Source of the DNA: Octopus sinensis
Taxonomy: Eukaryota
Assembly (NCBI RefSeq): GCF_006345805.1
Contig: NC_043008.1
Coordinates: 24,366,001-24,430,000, forward strand
Length of the DNA: 64,000 nucleotides
Direction: 5' to 3'
Under the pieces are notes generated by a model that saw nothing but the letters and a program-made list of their open reading frames with translations, was not told where the DNA came from and did no database searches. Positions 1 to 13,794 of the stretch are shown here, in pieces. Every line of letters begins with the position of its first letter. Position 1 is the first letter of the stretch. A program made the translations under genes and the position numbers.

Positions 1-305
1 TCACCTTTACTGCTACTGAAGTCGTCATCGTCATTGCTACTTCTGACCCAGAAGAACTCAAGTTTGTCTTCAAGGTTTCCTGGTGGTGATGAAGACTGGA
101 ACGTCTGGACCATGAGCAAAAGGTCTCAATGCAGATGGGACATTTGAATAAACAATGTTTTCCCACTCTTCGAATGTTTTTCCTCCACGTAACATGAACA
201 AATGTAGCTGTCATCATTATGATTTTTTAGACTCATTCCATTGAATGAACCTCAAAATGTTTTGTCCATTTTGTTGATTGCCTTAGTTATTGAGCACAAA
301 TTGCT
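1..305 (-). pseudogene. Degenerate DNA-transposon transposase fragment, probably CMC-Chapaev3-like; runs off the window edge
   Basis: Minus-strand translation across frameshifts gives WNESK/NHNDDSYICSCYVEEKHSKSGK/IVYSNVPSALRPFAHGPDVPV. This resembles the WREPxNHxDDCYFC...YPNLPSAIRPVPH motif that I recall from Chapaev3-type transposases. Confidence 0.55.
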
Positions 306-1148
306 CTATTTTTCGGTTGCCCTACTCCCTTTGCTGCTGTGCTTTGCTGTCACTTATTCCGTTTTAGTAGCATAATCTTTTGGATGACCTATATTCAATT
401 GAAAAATTCTTATGTGTAAACAAATATCGCAGTATGTATGGTGTATTATTGTATTGAAACCAACATGTTAAACGAATTCAATATATTATCTAACAATAAT
501 CACAAATCATCATAAGCACAAACGATAACTGAAAGCTTTCATTATTCAAAGGACCATGATTTACACTGGTGTATAACGGAATGAAACTTGAAGTGCACAG
601 TTTCTACGTAATTTTGATATGATAAACAAATACAGAGAAAAAGAATTCATAAATAATCTGAAGATATATCAAAGAACACTTAGTAATTGCTTATTTTTAT
701 GAAAATTGTACAGAGGCTGTAGAGTGAGAGAGAAAGAGAACGAGAGTGCGTTGCAATAAAATAAAGTAAAAGTAACTGAGTATTGGAATAAGAGCGAAAA
801 AATATTAAATAAAAGGGAAAAAAAACAAATGCTGAGGATAAGTGTGAGTGAGGAAAAGTTACAAAGAGAAAGTGAAACACTAATAGGAATGGGGCAGCTA
901 AGTAATGTGAGATGCTGTAAACACAGGGAAAGAGAAGAACGGAGAGAGGGAGATGGGGAGTTGTCGCAAGAAAAAGGATAGAAATGAAGGAGTAAAGATA
1001 TTGAAAAAGGCTGACAATACCACAGTGGCTCATGATTAGTTGGCTGATACAATCGTGCAATTGAAACTTTCAGTACTGAAAAAAACTAGAAAGCAAAGTT
1101 TTGATGAAAATATATTACATTTGGAATTTTAAAAACTTTTCTTTACAG

Positions 1149-1193
1149 GGTGGACTTTAATAATGACTTTCTTTTAGGAATGGTTACACGCAA
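1149..1193 (+). other. Candidate 45-nt coding exon of an unknown host gene
   Basis: Acceptor ttttctttacag and donor AA|gtaagta. Only one frame is open (VDFNNDFLLGMVTR) and the phase is symmetric. No homology recognised. Confidence 0.3.
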
Positions 1194-1650
1194 GTAAGTA
1201 ATTAATAAGCACCTGTCTTTATGAAATAATATGCAGGCGTATTATTTAACTTCTGGTTTACATTATTGTTAAGATTATACATGCAATTCTAAGATTATTA
1301 GTTATATAAGATTATTCTAAGATTATTAGTTATATACGATAATATGACTAATTGCCTGTTAAAAATCTCGTGGTATTTGTTAGATTTTGGAAAATACTTA
1401 TCTAATGCAGAAAAGAATTCCCTAGCAATCTTGGATGATATTTGTGATTCGAAGATTGGATTATATCACAAGACACTAGAATTTTTTATACTCATTGTCC
1501 GGTTTATGATTACGAGTATAAATTGTGGAAGGGTCATTGCCTAAAAGATTACAGTTATATATATATTAGACCTGTTTCAACTTATAATTTTATTTGGGCC
1601 GTTTTCCCTCTTTCTTACTTCGAGATTACTATTTCCCTCTGTTAAACGTT

Positions 1651-1924
1651 GGGCAAGTGTCTTCTACTATAGCCTCGGGCCGACCAAAGCCTTGTGAGTG
1701 GATTTGGTATATGTTTGTGTGTCTGTGTTTGTTCCCCAACATCGCTTGACAACCGATGCTGGTGTGTTTATGTCCCGTAACTTAGTGGCTCGGCAAAAGA
1801 GACCGATAGCATAAGTACTAGGCTTACAAAGAATAAGTTCTGGAGTCACTTTGTTCGACTAAAGGCGGTGCTCCAGCATGGCCGCAATCAAATGACTGAA
1901 ACAAATAAAAGAGTAAAAGAGTAT
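1651..1924 (+). mobile_element. SINE family A (octopus-type tRNA/CORE-like SINE), 5'-truncated
   Basis: gggcaagtgtcttctactatagcctcgggccgaccaaagccttgtgagtggatttgg ... ggcggtgctccagcatggccgc ... aaatgactgaaac; the same blocks recur in about 8 copies or fragments in the window. Confidence 0.85.
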
Positions 1925-2910
1925 ACTTGATTTTCTCTAGATAATACTGCATTGTAATAGTGCGCATATGAGTTAAATATTGTTTTATTAGCCCAAAGTA
2001 TTGATATTCGATTAGATATATTTCTTATAAGTCCTTTCATTACAGAGGGTGGGTGATTAGATTTTATATTTATATATCCCAAGTTTTCGTTCGGCTTATG
2101 GCGTGGTTCAAATAATTCTGTATCCATACTGTTATATCTGCATCCATACGGTTATACCTTGCAATAAATATTTTCAATAATAACAAATAGTTCAACATTT
2201 TTGAAGAATTTGAATACTCATTTCTCTCCATTTTTAGCCTTACTACACATATCTAGTATGAAAGGAGAGTCGTCCCTATATAGACTATTATATATCGTCG
2301 GATATATAGACTATCCGACGAAAGCAGGACTCGATCTGGAAGAGGAAATACGTTCTGACCAGATCAGTGACTTGTTCTGAGTCACTAGATCCCATTGCTA
2401 TATCGAAAGCTTCTACCCTTTACGATCTCGTCCTTAGTGTATTATCGATATCTTTCAGCGTGCCACGTGGAGCTAGTATAATATCTATCGTTGACTTAGA
2501 GAAGTCAGAGTTTCGCATAGCAAAATTTAAAACCTTATTTAGAAGAACAGGACTACTAGAATAATAATTTGATATCGAGTTGAATTACGTTTTGGTCCTC
2601 TCCAATCTTTTGAAGTCTCTAGAGTCAGACCATAGTGAGGATTTAATCTTCGATCTTAGATTCGGTAGTATTCTGTCGACAATATATTTGCCAATCCTAC
2701 TTGTATCAACTTTGGTGGGGCATATTAGTCTATTGTGGGGGGTCACTATCACAGTTAGAGTCGTGGTCTTTTAAGTTAATTGTAGGCTTTTTGAGGTCGT
2801 GTGGCTCGATTCTATCTCCTATTCCTAGTCAAGTAACTCTTTTAAAGTCCTTATTATTTATACTAGTTAATGCATCCTTAGGTGCATGTTTATATTGCTT
2901 ATTAAGCTAT
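1925..2910 (-). mobile_element. Penelope-like element reverse-transcriptase fragment (degenerate)
   Basis: Minus-strand motifs INLKDH, RLICPTK, FDIAMGS, YRDD and the thumb segment HKPNENLGYINIKSNHPPSVMKGLIRNISNRIS are typical of PLE RT. Confidence 0.85.
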
Positions 2911-3707
2911 TAAAAGATTGAGGGAAAAGCATGGAGTACTAGGAAATAAATTAAGTAAATCCATTTGCTCTTCATTCCATTCAACATTTATATAGCATTT
3001 TCACATCTTCAGCCTACATATTTGTAGCAATTTCCAGATCACTCCGCCCACCAACTAGCCTCTTCCGGTCAATGTATTAAGGCAAAATCTCTATTGGTGA
3101 GCTAAAACTTTCATACGATGAGATTCCTCTCGTTATAACAATATGCACAAACGGATCTGCAGGTGATTGGTTTTATTCTACGCAAAATATCTATTAGAAT
3201 ATCGCCACTTCTATTCTGTTACAAATTGCATAAATGAATAACCGACTAACAGTGTTCTAAACTATATTACGTCTATGGCTATGCATATAAATGTACAGTG
3301 ACATGCAACTTCGTACAGAACACGCATATACACAAATAAACACATAAACACATGCATATGCAAACAGCATTCGATAAAGTTAGAGCCATGTTTTAAATAA
3401 TTAGTGATGTCCAAGCAAGCAAACCTAATCCTTAAAAGCTGTGACCAGCCGTTGTCACAGTTCATTGACTATAGCTAGCACTCTACCCAAACATGGTCAC
3501 GAACCACTGACTAAGGCCAGGGGCTTGTGAGATCTGATTATACATGTGTATGACGGTGAGTAGCTGCATCATTATGCATTTGTATATCCTTCGCTTTTTG
3601 AAAACAAGAAGTTAAAATATTCTTAATTTAGAGACATTAGCATGCGAATGTTGAAGCAAAGACACTAAAGTAATAGTAAATATGTACCTCATAGTCTAGG
3701 ATATATG

Positions 3708-3795
<88 letters not shown>

Positions 3796-5399
3796 TCACA
3801 CACATATACATGCAGACACACACACATATATATAGTTTATGTTTATGTATGTATACGTATTTGTCTGTGCGTGTGCGCGTGTGTGTGTTCATATGAATAT
3901 ATATTTTGGGCAGATGATTGCGTGCAGAAAGTAAAATTAATTATAAACTGAAATTTAATTATAATCACTAATTTAAATTCACTTTCTTGCAAACAGACAA
4001 CATAATTCATATTTTTTAATATCTTTTATTTTGATTTTCATAATCTTATAACTTACCTCAAACTGCATACGTTTAATATACACGGCAACATCTTAAATTC
4101 TTAGCGACATATGAAAATCTGTGACAAGTTGTATTAAATAGGAGATTCAAATTCAAACGAAAATTAATACCATGAATATTAATTCGATTTTCTAAAATAG
4201 AAAACTCTTTTGAAACTTATTACATTACTTTCAAAATTTGGAGTTTTATTGCTGTCTTTGAGCTGATGCGTAGAGAGGTGAGATGATGTAAAAATGGTTT
4301 TGGGCAGTTTAGGGGTGCGCAAAATATATATTTTGTAACAAGGGGTTGTGTACTTTTTACATCAGACTATTTAGAAATATACATAGAGAAGATGGTAGAG
4401 GAAGGCCTCCATGAGTGTAGCAGCAGCCTGTTTTGCTGTAATGAGAGTGATCAACAAAAGAACAGCGATTGATAATTACTTTGAAGTGCAGAACAAAAGG
4501 TAAATTTTTCAGGCTATGACACAATACAGGGAAGCGAGATCAGTTAGGTGGACCAGAGTTAAAGAATTCATACTTCGAAATTTAATGGACAGCAGGGGGT
4601 GTATTCGACGCTGGATAATCTGCCTACGAACTTTATTGTTACACACCACACTTCTTCGCTATTGTGTAAGCAACTCACAGTAGACTAGAAACTTTCCAAG
4701 TCAAGAGAACCGTTGGGGTGAAGCTGGATCGGTGGAAGAGCTGAACAGAAATAGATAATGTAAAAATCTAAACATATGAGCAAAATAATGCAAAAAATCT
4801 AAAATCACGAGCAAAGGTGTTCACCTTGAGTTTGATGTTAGTTGTAGTTAATTAAATCAGAGTCAGTCTCCACTTCACAGGATTTATCGAAAAACGAGTC
4901 TGCATAGATATGTTTTCCTTAGGATTTTAATGAAGTTATAACAATCTGAATCTTTCCTCAGTGTCTCGCTTTGCTAACTGACGGCTGTCTTAAACGTTGT
5001 TGGTTTGGGTCCTGTTTTCAAACGCTGAGCCTCTAGATGCTTAGTGACCATACCTAGCGTCTACCTTTGTAACTGTTCTGCGCTGAGTGCTCGGTTCAGA
5101 AAAGATCATTACAATTATATAAGAAATCAAGGAAGATTCCAGTAACGAAAACAGGAATGCTGAATTCCACATTAATAGAAACAAATCCATGGGCTAGTAC
5201 TTTTGCACCTAGACTGACAAGTGCATGCGAGTCATTGATGTTTTTGAGAGGAAACTCAGTAAAACTTCAGTTGCCAGAGACTAACACTTATATGTAATCC
5301 TCGCACCTATTCCCACTAGATCACATGCTGTTTGATGACATGCGACAAGACAATCTTTTTTCTCTATTAGAAACAACTTCAGCATGTAGAGTTTTAGGT

Positions 5400-6100
5400 T
5401 ACTGTGGTTGAATGTGTGCAGTCATGTTCAGAATTCGCAAAATTTGAAGACATGCCTCGCCCACGATATTTTCACGATATGCTTTCCGCAACTTGTTTCG
5501 TCAACCATTCTGTAGTATTTGGATCAAGGGGAAAGGGTCTGTGGGCATTTGCAATGTAAAACGTTGCCAGGTGCTCTCTATTCAAAGCGTGTTAAACAAT
5601 ATTGTCGGTGAGATGCCATACCTTGCATTCCAGTAACATAGCAATTTGATTTCATGCTTTCGTATTTTTTTATTTGCTTAGTTTTGAAATTTAGACTTTG
5701 TCTTTCTTAAATAAGCTAATCTACGATTCTGCAAGACACGAGTGGCGTAAATAATTGAATTGGTTTTCCTATTTGAACATGAATTATGTTTCAATGTGTC
5801 CTTTAGTTGATAGTTATTTAAAAATTGGTTGCTTTCCAAAAAGTCAATACCATTCTGTCAGATAATTTTCGCAATAGATAAAATACTTTCGGCTACCATG
5901 TACAAAATTTGAGCGTAGAACCAACTTAATAAGTGAGAAGATGGTCTTTTCTTTCTCGTGTCACAGGACGGCGAAATGTTTCTTAAAAATAGCTTTCTGT
6001 CACTAATTAAATGAAAGTCTGCTCAATGCTTCCATTATTGCAAAAATTTGCAATCTATTTTTCTCCTAAGCTGCTTTCTATTGAAGCTTCTGCCTAATTA
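5400..6100 (-). pseudogene. Highly decayed LINE RT relic
   Basis: Minus-strand remnants FLESNQFLNNYQ and GMQG..ISPTILFN resemble non-LTR RT motifs; many stops. Confidence 0.4.
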
Positions 6101-7159
6101 CATACCATACCGTAGATTATATTACAACACATCTTATTCTCCGCATCTTTTTGTCGTGGAAGAAAATACGAACTTTTGTTATATCTTTAACTTAAGAAGC
6201 CATATTAGTTTTCATTTTCTCCCTATCTTCTAAATGTCATCTGTCAAATAAATTTACCACCAATACGACCAATTCTCTGCATTACCTTTCTACAAACCAT
6301 CCCACGCTAATATAAAACTGTAATAAATTTTATAAGCAAAACTAATTCTATTCTTGTACAGGCAATATCTCATATTCAACTGAATATAATCTCAAACCTC
6401 TCTTAAATCTATGTAATATTTCCTATGGGAATGATGAGCGTTAAAGCCAATAACTATGTTGCGACCAACTCGAGGCTGTAATATGGTTTCCAACTCTATT
6501 TGAAGCTATTTCATCTTAGTTATGTCGCGTCTGACTCGGAAAAAGCACGCTTTCTTACATATTTACACTCTCGTAAAATAGAATATTTAATCATTCAAAA
6601 GGAACATTTCTTACGAGGTGAAAAAGTGATAGAAACAACGCATTCAGTCCTAACGTTTATGACAATTATATAAATTATGTATGTTAAAAAATATGCTCAT
6701 TAGGTAAAATATGTAATACGTACGTTTCATCAGAGTAGAGTTTAAAATCTCTTATAAAGTAGACGAAACCGTAGAATTAATATGCTTTTATTATTTCGAA
6801 TATTTAGAAACAGGTTTCGTTCTATTGACTATAGCCATCAGGCATCATCTCTATTTTTAATAACACTGATGAAGTAATGAATATCAAGTTATAATATTTT
6901 CAGTGAACCCCTAAACGTATCAATATTGCCCTTCAACAATAAAGAGTAAAAGCAAATTGTAAGATGTGTATGTAATAAACTAATTGGAAGGGTCACGTGT
7001 GTATAAGCGTGCAGACTTTTCTGTGTAATCGTGGGTGTAAATATGCTTTTCTTTTTATAATGATGGGAAACAAGGTTTGTAGCAGATTATATGACAAACA
7101 GAAGGGTTAATTACTATCCCTTTTTTAAAAGTAATAATAAACATATAATTAAAGAAACT

Positions 7160-7900
7160 AGAGCTTTGTGGACATTGAAAAGGCAAATGACCGCGTTTTG
7201 TTGGATAGCTGCGGCCGGCTTTGTAGGAATTTGGGATTAATGGACAATTTCTGGCTGCCGCAAAGCCTCGCTCGGGTGAATGGTGCTAAATCCAAACTTT
7301 TCAATATGGGTGTTGGACTTCAGCGGAGATAAGTATTGTCAACTCACATGTGCATAATTTTTTATGAACTAGTTTGACATGCACAACCATTGTGGAAGTG
7401 GTGTAGGCTGATATTTGTACGGAATGGTAGGTGCGTTGGTGGGTGGGCTGGCGGGTACTTCAAAGCTGCGATGAGTATTAGTGTTATGAGGACTCAGACA
7501 TTGGTTCTCTCAAGAAAGTCGTCACAGTACACTCTGCTTGCTAGTGGAGAAGTTTTAATGTTTCCAGGTCATATTCACAAGTGACGGAATGCAAGAAGTT
7601 GAATTGAATGCCAGAATTGTATTTGAAGGCACAGTAATGCATCAGCTTCAGCATTCTTCCCTCAGAAGAAGGAGTTGGTAAAAAAAATCTATAATTGTTG
7701 TCTATGGCTATAAATGAAAGAGTACAATCACGAATACAAACAACCGAAACATGTTTTTTTTTCGAAGGTTGTTGTCTGGTGCAACGTTGTATGACAGAGT
7801 GCGTGGCTTGATGAATCCCCTACTGCTCTGCATTGAGACGTCACACCCTGGTGTAATGGACTTGTGATTACAATGTTGCAGGAAAGAAGCACAATAAAGA
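7160..7900 (+). mobile_element. Degenerate RTE-clade LINE RT fragment
   Basis: FVDIEKANDRV, RVNGAKSKLFNMGVGLQR, MSISVMRTQTLVLSRK, IFTSDGMQEVELNARI and GATLYDRVRG..PLLLCIE follow the motif order of RTE ORFs. Confidence 0.75.
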
Positions 7901-9814
7901 TTCTTCAAACCTAGACAAGCAGCAAGAAACCTAGGAGTAAACCAAGAACAAGATGCTTAGATAATATCCATATTCCTAATTGGTCACAAGGAGTGTAAAT
8001 GCGGTTGCTTTTGAAAGGACAGTATAGAGGAAATGATTTAAGACTTTACCCTCGCGACCTTCACGGGAGTAGTGGGCGAAGATGGATGGATAAGGCATGT
8101 ACTTGTAATTAGGCATGTACTAGTAATTAGTTAACAGCATAAACATTTAAAACGCCCTACCAAATTCATTTGAAAATCTACCATTATCACATCCATAGTC
8201 ATGTAAAACAAATGCAAAAATTGGACAAAAGATAATCACAGTAGAATTTTGAAAATGAATTCTTTATTTGTAAGTACTGGATATCTTGAGCGATCAGATT
8301 TTAGCAGAAATAATTTGTTAAGCTGAAATACTGAAATGTAAATAAATAACGAGGAACTCTTTACTTATCAACACCACTCCTCACACAAAAGTAGCACCCA
8401 TATTTCCCGAAGGGATTATGTACAGAAAAACGAATAGAAAAGCAAAACCGTCGAATAATATTACGGAAAACTGAATTCATGTAGCAATTAATATCCCTTA
8501 ATACGAGTATGTTTAGTCAATACTATTTAATACGTTCAAGAATCTCTACCCTTCACTACTTTTATTGTTTGTGTTGATGTGATAGTTATTTGCTGCGGAG
8601 TTGAAGCTATCTAATAATGGCAGCCAATATTTTGCAGTATCTTTTCATTCATATATAGTGGAAAATCAGTATTAACTTAACTAGTACCAAATACTTTTGG
8701 AGAATGAATATCTATTGAAACAAACGCACAAATCACACACATGCTCACACATACACTCAGCCTGTCTTTCTTCTCTCTCTCGCTCCCAGAGATACTGATA
8801 TATATATATATGCGTCTATATATAAGGTATTTACTGTTTGGAATTGAGTTGTTCCTTGTTCCTATGTAACTTCCATACATGCATCATCTAGGGGGAAAAC
8901 ACCCATGTAAATACATACATCATCCAGGAAAAAAAAAAACACTTCACAACTTGCTTACAAAAATAGACACCCACACAAACACACACACACGCACACTACA
9001 TACTCTTAAGACATATACGCTCCATATTCCCCTGTACGCAAATACAATCCCCTAAGCAAATACATTCACTCTCTAAAATACGTATACTCAGTAACACCCA
9101 AATACTTATGCAACGATACACACAGTAAGTCACGCAACCCTTACCTCTTTGACTAACCTTTTCCAGCTGTAAAATTCAGCTCTTTTCGCATTTCCGGTTC
9201 TATTAGCTAACTACGCACCCCTAGTTTTTCCTTGTACAACACTTTTGGCATAATGGTAGATTCCAATGACAAGCTAAGCAAGATGACTACTACTAAATTG
9301 ACTGCAGGTTTTATATCGGAGTAGCTTCTCCTAGGCTTTTCCTCAAAAGGAGATTGCAAACCAGCAGTGGTAAGTCAATTTGAATTCATAGCTTTATTCT
9401 CCCATACTGGTTGTCCTAATAACGGCTTCTTGGCAAAACAGGAGCCCAGTCTGCCTTTATCAACAGTCAGGACATTGATAGTGCAGCCAGTTAAGGAACT
9501 GTCATTACCATGACCTGATTTTATTTCAGTGTCTTTCTCCTAAAAATGTTGCCTTCACCACGGTTAATGATCCTCATCTACACCCCGCAAAAAACAGAAG
9601 AAAACATATGTACACATTAAAAAGACAATACATAAAATTTGAAAATTTGAAATGTTTACACTTATAAAATGTTTTTTTTTAAATATAGATACATAGATAA
9701 ATCAATAAATTCAAAATTAAGAATATAAATTAAAAAAAGATATATAAATATATGTATATATATAAATATATATATTGATTTGCCTAATAGTGGTGTTATC
9801 TCTAATTTAATTAT

Positions 9815-9824
9815 ATATATATAA

Positions 9825-9899
<75 letters not shown>

Positions 9900-9910
9900 T
9901 ATAAATATAT
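9815..9910. repeat. (TA)n microsatellite, one of many (TA)n/(CA)n tracts (others near 3706, 10300, 14443, 16868, 17670, 18030, 18700, 23215, 24645, 50280, 51460, 55720, 58750)
   Basis: Read directly; these tracts produce the [12 protein letters not shown] pseudo-ORFs. Confidence 0.95.
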
Positions 9911-10119
9911 AAAAAAGATATATAAAAAAGAAAGAAGAAAAAAGATAGAAATAACATAAAAGAATATATGAAAATATATATAAATATACTCATACATACG
10001 TACATATACCTACACACCTATGTGTACAATGCTGGATGGCCGTTGACCGCACTCATGAGCTCTTCCATTAATAAATATATATATATGTGTGTGTGTGTGT
10101 ATATACATATATGTGTGTG

Positions 10120-10290
10120 AGCCATTACACATTATTTTCTCTCCTTGTTTCTTTCTGTTTTCCTTTCTGTGGAAGAGCGTAGGCCCGAAACTTAAAAAAC
10201 TTTTTCACTTCCCGAGCGTTAAACTAATACATCTGTTTGTTGTCTACACCAACTGTCTTCGTTTTTTGCTTTTTTGTGAATTCTCCACCC
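10120..10290 (+). mobile_element. PLE terminal-repeat remnant with a degenerate hammerhead-like motif
   Basis: ctttCTGTGGAA-GAGC-gtag-GCCC-GAAAC-TTA; the core is non-canonical and the segment lies between microsatellites. Confidence 0.4.
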
Positions 10291-10315
10291 TCTCTCTCTA
10301 TATATATACATACAT

Positions 10316-10357
<42 letters not shown>

Positions 10358-10486
10358 CACACACACACACACACACCACACACACACACAAACACACACA
10401 CACACACACATACACACACACACATATATATATATACGTATGTATACACATGTATACATATATATCCGTTTATATCTATGTATGTA

Positions 10487-11360
10487 TTGGGTCATCCCAT
10501 AAATAAAGCAGATATTTTGTTTCTTTTATTTTTCACTATTAAGATAAACAAAGTTCTATTTTAATCTTAAATATGCTTTCCATTTTCTACAATGCTCTTC
10601 TATCTATCTGGTATACTTTCAAGCCCCCTCTTCCAAAATTCACTTGTCTGTGACGAAAAATACTCCTTTACAATTGTTCTGACCACGTCTACAAAATTCA
10701 TATTTTTTCCGTTCAAATTATTTTAAAGACTGCGGAATAATTGATAATTAGATGAGGCAATGTCTAGCAAATATGGTGGGTGGGGCATTGTTTCCCATTC
10801 AAACTGTTTCAGCCTTTGGAATGTCATCCTCGCTGTAAGTAGACACGGTAAGTTTGTAAGGAACACATTGATTCAATTTGCTAGCTTTTCCGATGGCACG
10901 CAGATGTTGACGAATGGTTGAAAGACCAAATCCAAGCTTCTCTGCTAGGTCCACAACTGTTAAGATGAGATTTTGTTTCACCAGAATTTGCAGTACGACC
11001 TCCTCGAGCTCTAAAATTCTTCGAGGACGAGGGTTGCCTTCCAGGCTACGAATTTTTGGAACGACTGTTGACACTAGCTTACGCTTATTGTCCAATCCCT
11101 ACATATTGCATTAATATTCCTCGTACTTTTTGTTGCGTTGTTGCCTGTATTGAACAAATAAAGCAAAATATGCTGATATATACTCATTTATCACTTCCAT
11201 TATAGCCTTGAAAAAATAACTGTTAAAATCGAACTAAACTCTTCAAAACTTGCACTAAGAATAAGTACAAAGTAAAGTGTACCTTTATTGCACTCGATGC
11301 AGGTATTTTATCCCGTTCCCTTCCAACATGCATTTGAAAAAACTGCATTCTTTAACCCAA
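10487..11360 (-). mobile_element. Internally deleted mariner element (SETMAR/cecropia-like)
   Basis: TA-flanked ends ttgggtcatcccataaat and aaaaactgcatt..acccaa. ORF 10799-11095 encodes a mariner HTH region ending CVPYKL, equivalent to WVPHEL. Confidence 0.8.
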
Positions 11361-11378
11361 TATATATATATATATATA

Positions 11379-11790
11379 GGGGTGGTTGTAAGAAGCTTGC
11401 TTTTCAGCCACATGATTTAAGGTGCATTCCTACTGCGTGACACCTTGGGCAAATGTCTTCTACTATATTCTCGGGTCGACAAAACACTTGCGAGTGGATT
11501 TGGTCGATAGAAACTGAAAGACATCCGTCGTATATATGTGTGTGTGTGAGCGTGCGTGTGTGTGTTTGAATGTGTGCGCGCGCGTGTGTGACTTAGTATC
11601 TGTGCTTGTCTTCCACCACCACTTGACAACCGGTTTTAGTGTGTGCATACCCCCGTAACTTAACAGTTTGACAATAGATACCAATAGATAAGAATCAGGT
11701 TTAACAAACAAAAAGAAATAAATAAAATAACCTCTTCAAGGCGGTATCCCATCATGGCCGCTGACTAGTCACGGAAACAAAGAAAAGTTC
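11379..11790 (+). mobile_element. SINE family A
   Basis: Same head, caccttgggcaaatgtcttctact core, internal (TG)n and tail as the other family A copies. Confidence 0.8.
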
Positions 11791-11803
11791 ATATATATAT
11801 ATA

Positions 11804-13083
11804 CGAGGGACGTTCAATAAGTAATGCCTCTGACCTACTTGCAGTTGTTTGATCTAGCTGAAATTTTGCATGTGCAATTATTTATATCTCTATAAATTAA
11901 GTGGCAAATTACAGCTCTGAGCTAATTGTGGTTTCTGATTTACAGGTGTTTGAACTGAGTCAAGTGTGAAATGGAGTCTGTTGAGTGGCGAGCAGTGATC
12001 CGGTTTTTGTATTTGAAAGGACGCACACCACGGAAGACTTTTGATGAAATGAAAGTAACTTATAGTGATGATGCCCCATCATATGAACTTGTAAAACCCT
12101 GGCATAGTGAATTCAAACATGGTCGGAACTCTGTGGAAACAGCTCCCAGATCTGGTCACCCTTCTGCCATTGATGAGGCATCTGTCCGTCAAGTTGAGGC
12201 TGCCATTTTAGAAGATCGACGCATAACTATTCGCCAAATAGCCCATGAGGTCAAGATTAATACCGGGTCTGTGGAAACTATCATTCATGATCATCTGCAC
12301 ATGCAAAAGGTGTCTGCCAAATGGATTCCCAGGTTGCTCACACCTTTCCAGAAGCAAGAACGCGTCGAGTGCTCGAGGATGATGTGCCAAGAAGATGAGT
12401 CAAAATTTTTCAAAAGTCTGATTACACAGGATAAAACCTGGGTCCATCACTATGATCCAGAGACCAAAGCCCAGTCAATGCAGTGGAAGCACCGTGACTC
12501 ACCTCCTCCAAAGAAGGCAAGGGTGCAGCCCTCCGCTGGTAAGGTCATGCTCACAGGCTTCTGGGACCAGGACGGAGTAGTAATGACAGATTTCCTGGCA
12601 AAGGGTACCACAATTACAGGAGCCTATTATGCTTCACTTTTGAGGAAATTAAGAGAAGCTATCAAAATCAAGAGGCGAGGCAAGATCAACAAAGGCATCC
12701 TCCTGCTGCAGGACAACGCTCCGGTCCACAACTCGCGTGTCACCAGATCAGAAGCACAGGCATGCGGCTATGAACTCCTCCCCCATTCCCCTACTCTCCT
12801 GACCTTGCACCCTCTGATTTTCACCTCTTCCCAGCCATGAAGTTGTTTTTGAAAGGAAAGCGTTTCCCAGATGATGCAGCCTTGATTTCTGAAGTCACGT
12901 CGTGGTTGGAGGACCAAGCTGGGGTCTTCTACAAAAACGGTCTCCAGAGCTGCATCAAACGATTGGAGAAATGCGTAACTCTGGGTGGTTTTTACGTAGA
13001 AAAAGACTAATAACTGTGCCAAATTTCATTGCTCTACTGCTATGGGAAGTGGGTCAGGGGCATTACTTATTGAACGCCCCTCG
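11804..13083 (+). mobile_element. Full-length mariner (DD34D, irritans-like), 1280 bp
   Basis: TIRs of about 37 bp (cgagggacgttcaataagtaatgcc / ggcattacttattgaacgcccctcg) with TA on both sides; encloses the transposase. Confidence 0.95.
11971..13010 (+). pseudogene. Mariner transposase with a single 1-bp frameshift near 12790
   Basis: WIPRLL, TQDKTWVHHYDPE and QDNAPVH; after the shift, YSPDLAPSDFHLF...YVEKD-stop. Spacing is D34D when one base is restored. Confidence 0.92.
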
Positions 13084-13089
13084 TATATA

Positions 13090-13510
13090 TAATAATAATA
13101 TTTGGGAGTAAATCCAAACTTACAGGGAAAAATTAGATTTAGGATTAAATCTAATTTTACAGTATAAATATAAATTAAATTAGAGATAAAACCATTAGGC
13201 AAATCAAACAGTGAAAAACATAAACCAAAACATAGAAATAAAATTCAAAATATATTCTTTTCTAGAGGGTATTGGAATATCCTTCAAAGATGAACTCCAA
13301 AATAGCGGTTCTATCTTACCTGTAAATTCCATAACTTACGAAATTGAGATATTACACTCAATAAACGTAATTTATCAATGTATTATTATTAATAATAATA
13401 ATAATAATATAATAATATTAGGGAGTAATATTAATTAAATTTTATTTCTATATTTTGGTTTATGTTCTTCACTGTTTGATTTGCCTAATAGTGGTTTCAT
13501 CTCTAATTTT
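13090..13510. mobile_element. PLE terminal-repeat remnant arranged as an inverted pair
   Basis: 13177-13245 is an imperfect reverse complement of 13437-13509. Related sequence occurs at 9775-9812 and 33660-33800, the latter next to a hammerhead. Confidence 0.65.
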
Positions 13511-13745
13511 ATATAGGGGGGGGGGTATGAAAATCAACGAAAATGCACATTGTAGATAAAAAAAAGAAAAGGCTTTTTATGAAAGGTAACGACAGATATA
13601 TACATTTAGATGAAATGAGGTAGTAATAAAAGTAATAAAAGTCATTATTATGAGGTGATTAGAAAGTCAGAAAAAAAAGCACACCATGGTTACCGCAAAG
13701 CTGAAAAACGTGTATTTTATATTTTCTTTTTGTAACATATTTCTA

Positions 13746-13791
<46 letters not shown>

Positions 13792-13794
13792 ACA

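Noticed and set aside
669-1060. 127-aa and 126-aa Leu/Ser/Phe-rich ORFs
   Set aside because: They are the reverse complement of a purine-rich low-complexity stretch.
6810-6845. Minus-strand CTGATGG-ctat..atag-aac-GAAAC
   Set aside because: A9 is missing and stem II is out of register; at best a decayed motif.
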